Part shown: piece after piece, positions 1 to 9,575 of the stretch
Position numbering within the stretch: position 1 is the stretch's first letter
How the letters are laid out: each line of letters opens with the position of its first letter
Assembly: GCA_965240325.2 (NCBI GenBank)
Contig: OZ251224.1
Span: 3,162,001 to 3,226,000, forward strand
Source: Rebecca billardiae RCC1528
Taxonomy: Eukaryota; Protista; Haptophyta
DNA length: 64,000 nt
Reading direction: 5' to 3'
Position numbers and translations under genes: made by a program
The notes under the pieces: generated by a model
Database searches by the model: none
What the model was told of the DNA's origin: nothing
Seen by the model: the letters and a program-made list of their open reading frames with translations, nothing else

Positions 1-3000
1 CGCTGTGCGACAAGGCCGCGACCGTCGAGCTCGCCGTCGTCGCGCGCCGGCTCGAGCAGCTGCTGCGCGTGCACGCGCACGCGCATGATGCGCCCGCGCC
101 CGGAGGGCTGGGCGATGCCGGCGAGTGGCGCGCTCTGCTGCGCGCCGAGTGCGAGTCGCTGCGGCGGGACACGCGCGAGCTGGTCGAGTCGCAGCGCAAC
201 GCGCTGAAGAGTCTCCTCGGCGCGCAGGTCGCGGTGTGGGCCGAGCTGCGCTCCGCCACCGCCGAGCTCGCCGGCAACGCCGGCGGCGCGCCGCCGCTCT
301 CGCAGCGCGCGCTGCAGTGGCTCCGCGACGTGAACCATCACGCACGCTGGGGCTACCGCGTGGTGCGGCAGGCGCAGCTGTGGCTCGACGCGCTCGAGGG
401 CACGATCATCTCGAGCGCGCTCGCCGAGGCCTCCCTCGCTCCCGCCCTGCAGCGCCAGCGCATGCTCGACGCGGACGCGCGCACGCAGCACGCGGCGCTG
501 CTCGCGTGCCTCTCAGCCGAGCCGGTCGACGGCGCTGAGGCGCTTGACGCCCGAGAGCGCCTCGCCGTGAGCGAGTGGGAGCTGCTGCAGCAGCAGCGGG
601 CGCAGCCGGCGCTCGCGAGCGCGGAGGGCGAGCGCAAGCCGCGCCCCGCCCTCGCCATCGACCCCGCCGAGCTGCCCGAGGTCACGAGCGTGCTCCATGT
701 GCTGCTGCTGCTGCCATGGTCTCGGCATGCCTACAGGATGTGTGCGCCGCCGTCGCCGCCGGCGCGCGCGCTCGCGGGTGGTGCGGAGGGGTGCTTCGGC
801 TGCGAGGCGACGCTGGACGACACGCTGTGCATCCTGCAGCCGTGCCACCGCCCCGCGCCGCAGCTCGCCACGCTGCACCGCCGCCTCACCCGCCTCGCGC
901 TCGCGCAGGCCTCGGGCGCGCCCGGCACGCAGCACGTCGCTCGACTTCTGTCCGTGTGGCGTGAGACGGCTGACGGCAGCGGCGCGCTGTGGGTGCACCT
1001 GGCGCACCCGGAGAGCGTCGAGGGCGGGCACGCGGCGCTGGTGCGCGCGGGCATGCGCGCCGACGCGCGCGCAGGCCCCGCCGCGCCCGACGCGCGCGAC
1101 GGCCTCGTCGCGCAGATCGGCGCCAACTGGCGGCGGTCGATCGTCGAGCTCGGCGCAGCCCTGAGCACGCTCTCAGCACACGGCCTCTCGGCGGCGGGGC
1201 TGAGCGAGGCGGACGTGGCGCTGACGCCGGGCGGGAGCGTGGCGCTCCTCTCGCTCGGGCTCGCGCGCCTCGGCTCGGCCGAGCGCCCCGTCGGCACCTC
1301 CGGCTGGCGCTGGGCGGCCATCCCGCCGGAGGCGCACGATCTCGCGCGCGGCGAGCTCAGCCTGGCCGGCGGCGGCGGCGCCGCGCCTCAGGACGGCGGC
1401 GCGGCAGCGGCGGCGCTGATGCTGCACCTCGGTGACGACGACGCCGCCACGGCGGAGGGGCAGCCGTGCGCGCCGCCGACGTGGGCGGCGGACGTGTGGG
1501 GCCTCGGCGTGCTCCTCTGGCGCATCCACTTTGGCGACGACTGCGCCGCCATCGAGGAGTTCCTGCGCGCGCCGCGCGCGAACCGACCGTCGAGCGTTCC
1601 GCTTCCGGCGCGCGCGGACGCTCAGCTGGCGTCGCTGCTGCGGCAGCTGCTGTGCGCCGAGCCGTTGGCGCGGCTCTCGCCGAGCGCGGTGCTTGCACAC
1701 CCGCTGCTTCTGCCCCTGCCACCAACCTCGCGCGCAGCCTCGCTCCCGGACTCCGCCGCCGCGCTGCTCAGCGCCGACGACGACGCCCCGCACGTGGCGG
1801 CGGCGATCGCACAGGCAAGGCGCGCGCTCGGCGCGGCGCGCGATCGCGTGCGCGCGGACGCGGAGGCGAGCGGCAGCGCGCCGGCGGTGGTGAGCGTGCG
1901 CGCGGGCCCGACGCTATGCTCCGACATGCTCGCCGCGGTCGCGCAGCTCTCCGACGCGCAGCTCCTCGCGCCGCTCGCCCTGCGCGTCGTCGAGCTTCCG
2001 GCGGCCGACGAGACGCCCGGCCTGCACCGCGATGCCGGCGGCGCGGACGCGGGCGCGGCGCGCGCCGTCTCGGCGGAGGAGATGCTGGAGCGCTTCTGGA
2101 CGACGCTGCTCGGCGAGCCGGAGGACGCGGCGCACCGCGCGCTCTTCGACTCATGCGTGTGCGTGCCCCTCGGCGTGCGCCCCGGCGACGCGCGCGCGCC
2201 GCCCGTCTACAACACGGCGGAGGCGGCGCACCGCTCTGGCCGCGCGCACGCGCCCGCGCTCGGCCACGGCGCTCCCGTCCTGCGCGCAAACGCAGACGTG
2301 GGTCTGTGCGAGGCGTTGGGCCGGCTGCTCTTCAAGTGCCTGCTCGAGGGGCTGCCGCTGCCGCTCTCGCAGCTCCCCGCGTACTGGTGGCGCGCCGCCG
2401 TCGGCATGTGCTCCGCGTGCGGGCTGCCTGAGCTCGAGCCGATCTCGCCGCTGCTTGCGCTCGAATACAGCGCGCTGATTGCATCTGGGACGACCGACGG
2501 CTGGAGCCTCGACTTCGAGCAGGTGGGGATGGGCGCGGCGGACGTGCCGCAGGCGCGGAAGCTGGAGTGGCTCGCGGCGAAGCTCGACCGCGAGCTGCGC
2601 GAGCTCCGCGCCGCGCCGCTCGCCGCGATGCACGTCGGCTTTGCGCGCGCGGCGGGCGCGCCGCGTGACTGCAGCATCCTCAGCGTGCTGCAGCAGCTCT
2701 CGGCCGAGGCGCTCATGCTGAGCGCGGCGGCGGGGATGCCCGCGGCGCCGCAGCAGCTGCAGGACGTGCTCGCGTTCCGCGACTTCCCGGACAGCTCGCA
2801 GATGCCCGCCAACCTGCTGCGCCTCATCGACGTCATGTCGGGTACGCGCCGCGCCGCGCCACGCCACGCCGCGCCTGACATGCACATGCGGCGCGACGTT
2901 GCGCGCAGCGGCTCCGCGGCTGCGCAAGTACACGCGCGAGATCGATGCCGTCTGAGGCGGACCGCTCACCGCGGGCATCCCGTGCTGCCGCCCCACGCGC

Positions 3001-3439
3001 CCTGGCCTCGCGCAGGCATCCAGCTGCGCCGCTTCATCCTGCTGCTCACGGGCTTTGTCGAGCTCCCGCTGTGGCGTTTGGACGGCGCGCCCACAGTGAT
3101 CACGGTGCGCGGCGCGACGCGTGAGCGAACGGGATCAGTCGTGATCTGGCCGCGGCGCGACGCGCGCGCCTCTGCCGGCACCGCTGCTGACCGTGACCGC
3201 GCGTGCTGCCCGCCGGCGCGCGCGCGCAGGTCAAGTACTGGCCGAGCGCCACGGACTGCGCACCCGTCGCGCACCGCGCGGCGCTCACGCTTGACCTGCC
3301 GTGGTACTCCTCCTTCGAGAAGCTTCGGCAGATGATCTCCCGCACCCTCGACGACAACCCGGAGACGTCGCTGATGGCGTCGTACGAGCTGGACGACCAT
3401 CGCGACTTTGCCGCGCGGTACAACCTGACTGGCGGCTGA
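1..3439 (+). CDS. Protein-kinase-fold + HECT-like fusion protein, 5' partial; both catalytic sites look degenerate. Introns 2842-3015 and 3105-3229
   Basis: Frame is open from base 3. Kinase C-lobe motifs AAIPPE, ADVWGLGVLLW and RLSPSAVLAHP. HECT-like ALGRLLFKCLL, LRRFILLLTG and PVAHRAALTLDLPWYSSFEKLRQMI after splicing two GT-AG introns; TGA at 3437-3439. Confidence 0.7.
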
Positions 3440-4362
3440 GCCACGGGCCAGTTTGGAGGGCGCGGGCGTGGATCGGGCGGCCGCGTGGCGCGGGACGATG
3501 GCACCGCCGGCATGGTGCCAGCCTGCTGACACTATGCTAAGCCGTGGCGCCGAAGCTCATTCGGACTGCTGGGCAAGTGGCATCATGCTGATTGCTGATC
3601 GATCATGTCCTCGGCATATCATCCCGCTGCATCATCCGCGTGAACGTAGTGAATACAGCACTAGCAGTGAGGACTCCATACGTCCTGAGTGACCGTGTAC
3701 TCACGTGTAGCCTGCTGATGGCTGTGACCTCCGAGTCCGACTCGATCCATGATTCCATCTCACTCATTCTCTGAGTCGGGCCGCCGAGTACGGTCCCGAG
3801 TCCTATGACCTATACACCGAGTGGCGGTATAGTCGCCGATTCTGCGAGGCAGCGATTGCCGGAGTGCGACCGCGCGCCGGTGACCGCGCCGACCCGCGTC
3901 CGCGACCGCCGACGGGTCGGGGTCTATGCCGCAGCATGCGAGTTGCGACGGCATGCCGCATCATCAGTGGCATGCCGCTCATCAGTGACAGTGGCATGCG
4001 CACCGCGTCCGCGGTACCGGGTCGGACACTTAGCTATGACGCCGACAGTAACGAGTTCGTCACTCGTCACACTTGCACGGTAGTAGGTAGTACGTCAGTC
4101 CGTCTGACGTGTACTGCAACACTGTTGCCATCGTACTCGGCAGCAGTCCACGGAAGCCTCGTTAAGTCAAATCTGCGCGACGTCGTCAGTCGTGGCGGCC
4201 CCTCGTCAGTGGCGTCTGTCAGTGCCGATTGCGGCAGTGGTCCGACACGGTGGAGGGTGCAGCCAAAACCGCCTCGTGCACGCGGTAGCGGCGGCAACAC
4301 GCGGCCGACCGATCCGCGCACGCCAGCCACGGCGCTGGCCCTGCGCCGGCCGTGCGGCTCGC

Positions 4363-7042
4363 TCAGTCGCGCTTGCCCGCGTCGTCCACCCCGTCGTCGA
4401 TGCTGAAGGCAGTGTTGGGCCTGTGCGCGCGCTCGCCGCCCGGGCGGTTTGGGCGCAGCGCGTCGGCCGGCGCGCGCGCGTGGCGCGCGAGAGCAGCGCG
4501 GCGCGCGTCTGGGCTCGGCGCGCGCGCGCACGCGTCCTTCGCCAGCGCCGACGCCTCCTCCTCCTCGCCCTCCTCGCCGTCCTCCTCCTCGTCCTCGTCC
4601 TGCAGCAGCTCGTCCGCGTACGCGTACTGCAGGTTGTTCTTGTTCGGGGACCAGAGGAAGGCGATGGCCATGAGGATGCCGGCGTACAGCACGTGCCAGA
4701 ACGCGTCGAAGATCCACAGCGAGTCCCACCGGTCGTCGAGCGAGTCCGAGATGATCACAATCCTGAGAGCGCGCGGCGCGCGGGCCAGCCGGCGGCGGCG
4801 GCGGCGGGCGCGGTGTCAGCTCGGCGCGGCGGCGGCCGAACGCCCGTGGGCGTGGGCGTGGGCGCAGCCCTCCGCGCGCGCCGGGCGGCGCGAGCGCGGG
4901 TGCGTGCGGCCGGCGCGCACATCTGCCACGTGACCCACGCCGCCGAGAGCACGATCGAGATGATGAGCACGTGCGAGAACCGCCGGTACAGCGTGAGCTT
5001 CGCCGACTGCTTCCGGCTCGAGAGCTGCGAGAGCGTGCGCGAGAGGCCGGAGAAGATCCACCAGTAGAACGTGGCGTCGAGGAAGGCGACGGGGAGGATG
5101 AAGAGCAGGCGCAGCGGGACCGAGATGTCCGTGATCGGCGAGATGTTCGACACCGTGTCCAGGATCATCGAGAACACGAAGTAGATCACGCCGAGCAGGA
5201 TCACGCGCTTGGCGACGTTGCCGAGCGTCGGCCGCACGACGCCATACCCGAGCGAGACGACGAGCACGAGGAGTCTCGAGACGGTCTTCTTCACGGTGCT
5301 CGCGAAGACGCCGACGATGATCGGCCCGAGGCCGCGCGTGCCCGACGTGTTGAACGACACGTAGTCGAAGTACCACGTCGCCGTCTCGACCATCCCGAGC
5401 GCGATCACGCCGGAGATGCAGTTCTGTAACCGCAGCAGCTCGCGCCAGTAGCGCGCGCACAGGATGAACCAGAGCACGCCCAGGGAGAGGTACAGAAGCG
5501 ACATCGCGCCGTAGAAGGGGAGGAAGTGGAAGAGCTCGCCGGGGAGGAAGCCGTACGGGTTCATCCACAGCGTCGAGCCGTCGATCAGCACCGTGCCCGT
5601 GCTCGGGTCGCAGCTTGAGAACAGCAGGTAGTGCACACCGGACTTCTCGACCTTGTAATCCGCGAGCAGCGGGCTGGATGTCTGGTTGACGTCAAACGTG
5701 ATGTCCTGCTGCCAGACCTCGCCGCTCGAGCGCTTGGGCGCGACGATCATGTGCCCGATGCTCGTGCACCCGGGTACGTTCTGCTTGCGCAGCGGCACGG
5801 TGCAGCAGTACGTCTTCTGCGCGAGGCGGGACCGCGGCGGGGCGGCGGGGCGCGCGCGGCGCGCGCGCAGAGGCGGTCGGTACGCGGGCTCGGGCGCGAC
5901 CGTGCGTGTGGGCCCCTGCGCGACGCGGCACGCGCCCACGACTGCCCATGGGCGGGCAGCCCCCGGAGCGCGCCGACGGTGCTGGTGCCCCGTGCACTGT
6001 CGCGGCCGGGCGTAGCCCATGCGACGACCAGTCATCCGCCGCATGGGTGAAGTCCCGGCCAGGCGTGGAGTTGTCAGCTGTGCGTCTGTCTCCGCAAGGT
6101 GCTCGCGATCGGTCGGGCCGGTCGGCCGTGGCCGCCGGGGCGTGCCTGCGGCTCGTGTGTTCTCGCGTGCGCGCGCGCCCTCCAGCACGCCCGCCCTGCG
6201 CACCCAGCCCCTCGCACGCCCCGCGCCGGGCGCAGCCCAGCCTGTCGGCACCGCAGTGCTGAGACGAGTCGCAGTGCGCGAGCACGTCCCGACGAATCAT
6301 AGCGCCAGCTCACTGTGCTGGCGCAGGTATTGCCCACGCTCGCGACCGTCGAGGTTTTTCAACCGAGCACGGCGTAGGGGTTTCCTGGCCAGAGCCCGGG
6401 TGTGTGCGCCCTACCGCCACATCACGCAGCCCCATGCCACCCACGCACCGCCGATGTGGGCCCGGCGCGCGGCGGCCGCCCGCGCGCTCGGAGCACGAAC
6501 CTGCTGCGCGCCTGGCTCGAGATAACCGACGTAGTCGAGATTGTCCGAGTGGAAGACAAGGACCTGTATGAGGCCAGAGTAGCGTGCACTCACGCGCGTC
6601 AGCGTCACTGCTCGGCGCGGCGGCGGTGGGCACGGGGCGGGCGGCGCGTGAGCAAGGCGGACACGGTGCCCCGATGCGCACACGCGCCTGGCCCGCGGCG
6701 ATTTCTCACCATCGATTTTGACCTGAGAGTTGCCGTTCCCCGGGGGGCCAACGGTCGGGCTGTCCTCGAAGGCGTACATCCCCACTCTCCTGTACTGAAT
6801 CACATCCGGGTCCAGCTGCGGGTGGGGAGGACACAAGGCAGCGCTCGCACGCCATGCGTGAGGGCAAAGCGCGCGCGTGCGCGCGCGCGCGCGCAGGATG
6901 CCGATGCGTGTCGAGCGCCGCGGCGGCGCGCGCCTCGCACCGGTTGATTCTGGTAGAGATAGATGTTGCTGGCAACGACAGGGATCGCGCTCAGCAGCAG
7001 CGCTACCCTCGCCCGGCTGTCCCGGGCTCGGTGAGGCGCCAT
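4363..7042 (-). CDS. TMEM87/GPR107 (lung 7TM receptor, GOST family) protein, multi-exon
   Basis: WMNPYGFLPGE, ELLRLQNCISGVIALGMVE, KKTVSRLLVLVVSLGYGVVRPTLG and FLWSPNKNNLQYAY are typical of the family. Signal-like exon from ATG 7042; exons approximately 7042-6941, 6815-6710, 6607-6501, 5816-4921 and two 3' exons. Confidence 0.9.
5995..6155 (-). ncRNA. Candidate intronic box H/ACA snoRNA (18S Psi632-equivalent guide)
   Basis: Lies in the ~685-nt TMEM87 intron, sense to the host gene. 3' hairpin GGCCGGG/CCCGGCC with pocket ACUUCA/CUACG, upper stem CCCAUGCGGCG/CGUCGCAUGGG, and ACA (6000-5998) 15 nt from the pocket top. 5' hairpin CCGCAGG/CCUUGCGG is followed by an imperfect H box AGACAGA. Confidence 0.6.
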
Positions 7043-7113
7043 GCCCGGCGGCGGCGTCAATCTCGTGGGCGACACCGCCTTGCTTTTGTGTCCGGCGTGA
7101 TTGACGCAGCACG

Positions 7114-8226
7114 ATGGCGGCATCGCCCGTGGGCACGATGCTGCTCGGGCTCGGAATGCTTCTCGCCTTGGCGCAGGCCGCGCACGTCCGGCCGGCAGGG
7201 CTCTGTAGCGCACGCCTCGCGCGCTCGCGTGCAAGCCGCATGTCGGCCTCGGGCACGCGCGCAGACGCCGTCGTGCGTGAGCTGCTGAGTGCGGACGATG
7301 CCGAGTTGCTGGGCGTGATGCAGCGCAACGTGGAAGTGCTCCTCAATCCGAGCTTCGCCAGCGCGCTGCGTCAAATTGCGCGCAGCGCTCCATCCGACGA
7401 GCTGCGCGACGACGCCGCGCGCATCGAGGAGAGCGTGCTCGCGTTCCTTGGCGAGTTTGTCGCTCACGTCGAGGCGCTCGACAAAGCCGCACAGGCAGAC
7501 GCTGGCGGTGGCGAGGTCGACGAGGCCGAGGTGGCGCAGGCGCGGGCGGCAGTGGCTGAATCTGAGCGCACCCCTCGCCGAGCGGACGGCTCCAGCGCCC
7601 CGATCCGCCGCCGCGCGGCGCCGCAGCCACGCATGCCGGCCGACGCAGGCGGCGTGGGCGCGCCGACGGGCGACACAGCGCGTAGGGCCGCGCCGGTGCC
7701 CACGGCCGCCGATCGCCTCGTGATCAGCAACCGAGCCCGGCTCGAGGGGGTGCTGCGCGCGGCCTCGAGCGGCGTTGACGCTCTCGAGGCCGAGCTCGAG
7801 CGGATGACCGCGGCCGGCGAGCTCGACGCCGGCTTCATCGACCACCTGCGCTGGGAGATCGAGCAGCAGGTCGAGCAGCGGAACGGCCAGCTGCTGCACA
7901 TCCTGCAGATCGTCGTGCAGCGCGCGTGCCTCGCGGCGGAGAGCACCGTGCAGGGCGCGCAGGTGGGCACGCGCCACCTGTCGGCGCTGCTCCAGCTCCA
8001 CGACCGCGAGGCGCGGCGCGCCTACTGGCAGCGGGTGATTGTTGCGCTGCCGCCACGCGAGCGCGCGGAGTTTGGCCAAGCCGTGTGCACGGTGTTTGCC
8101 GACATTGGGCTCCGCGTCCAGCGTGGCGCGGACATCGACGACGGGCTCCTGCGGCAGATCCGTGCTGTGCGCGACGAGCTCGACGAGTTCTTGACGGAAG
8201 GCGCGGCGGATGGCTCCGCGCAGTGA
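7114..8226 (+). CDS. Hypothetical helical protein with signal peptide and basic/Ser-rich transit-like leader (probably plastid-targeted)
   Basis: 370-aa intronless ORF with coding-like codon use; MLLGLGMLLALAQA followed by an R/S-rich segment. Confidence 0.7.
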   Translation: MAASPVGTMLLGLGMLLALAQAAHVRPAGLCSARLARSRASRMSASGTRADAVVRELLSADDAELLGVMQRNVEVLLNPSFASALRQIARSAPSDELRDDAARIEESVLAFLGEFVAHVEALDKAAQADAGGGEVDEAEVAQARAAVAESERTPRRADGSSAPIRRRAAPQPRMPADAGGVGAPTGDTARRAAPVPTAADRLVISNRARLEGVLRAASSGVDALEAELERMTAAGELDAGFIDHLRWEIEQQVEQRNGQLLHILQIVVQRACLAAESTVQGAQVGTRHLSALLQLHDREARRAYWQRVIVALPPRERAEFGQAVCTVFADIGLRVQRGADIDDGLLRQIRAVRDELDEFLTEGAADGSAQ

Positions 8227-9575
8227 GCTCACGCTGCTCACGCGCTTCGCGAATTCGAGCGGCTGTTTCATACTCTTACGAGTGTCGAGTCAATCCTGCG
8301 ACGCAGCGACGCGACCCGTTATGTGCGGGCCACGGGCCGAAATTGGCTGTCGTCCTGGCACCAACCTCGCCCGAACTTATAGCAGTGACTCAGCTGCTGC
8401 CGCGGAATGTTCAGTCGGCAACGGTACGTACTCAGTAGCGCAATAACCAAGTAGCAGGCTTGGTCAGCTGACGTCAACGGCGCCGATCGAGTACTGTCCG
8501 ACGATGGGACCGATGAGTGTCGCAGTGTGACAACATTGTGATAAATTATTGACAAATTGTGACATGTCACAGCATGACATTGTCAGATGTCGATGATACG
8601 CGCCGCGCGATATCATCAGCAGCATCGTCATGACGCGATGATGACATCATGACGAATTATAAAGCACGCGAATCGCCCATATCGCCTGTGACCATGCTGC
8701 CTAGAGTATCGCTCGTATCATCGGTCGAGCGTTGCACTTGCACACCACCGGCACTGTCTCTCACTGAGTGTCTGCTGACGGGCTGAGCAGCCTCTGACAC
8801 TGCCGCGCACTGTCTGTGACCAGGAACTTTGCCTTTGGCTCTGATCCTTCAGAGTGGCAGCGATAATCTGCCAGCCAGCACTGCCCACTGGCAGTACGCT
8901 GGCGGCACAGCCCTGTGTAGCGGAGTCTGACCGGCGGGCTCACAAGACACAACCGTCGGCAACGACGGCCCACGGCCAGGCCAGAGGCCTCGACGGACGA
9001 CCGGATCACTCGTGGTAGCCTGTCCAGCGTCGCAGCCCACACTGCGCTACTGAAGATGAACGTCTGCTTACCTCAGGCCACGAATCCCTCCGACTGACAG
9101 CCGCGCGAGCTGACCGTGCTGGCGGCCGTCCCGGTCCGCCGGACCGTGTGCCTACGACCGAGCACGCCCGCGGCACCACTCAAGGCTTACTGTACGACGG
9201 TGCCTTCGGGCTTCAGCGCTGTGCGGCGGCTGGACAAGACTGCAAAACTACCCTCGCGGCATCCCATCGGCTCCACCCTGCGCGCTGGCCACCAACTCGG
9301 TCGCCTCGTTCGCAGTGTCGAGTCGCCCGCCATGCTGACGAATCGGGATGGAATGCGGACATACGGGCTACGGCCTACGGCGGCGACGATTCGTCCAGTG
9401 CGCATTCGAGGCGCCCTCGACAGCCAATCGCTGCGCACTATGATAAAAAGGTTCCTGGCGCACCCGCACGACCGAAGCTGAAGCCCGAGGCACCTCCTGG
9501 ATTGACGGAGCGAAGTGGCCACCTTCATTACGCCCGCCGGGTGGGTCGACTCGGTGCCTGTGGGCAGCGTGTTCG

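Noticed and set aside
6300-6345. TPP riboswitch (GGGCAAUACCUGCG resembles the P5 loop)
   Set aside because: No UGAGA and no P4 ACCUG/AGGGA pairing on the same strand
6375-6385. Telomerase RNA template (AAACCCCUA) upstream of an H/ACA hairpin
   Set aside because: Does not match a TTAGGG or TTTAGGG template and is too short to be significant
8760-9500. Possible gene or pseudogene upstream of PFKFB
   Set aside because: Short ORFs with no recognisable motif or codon bias
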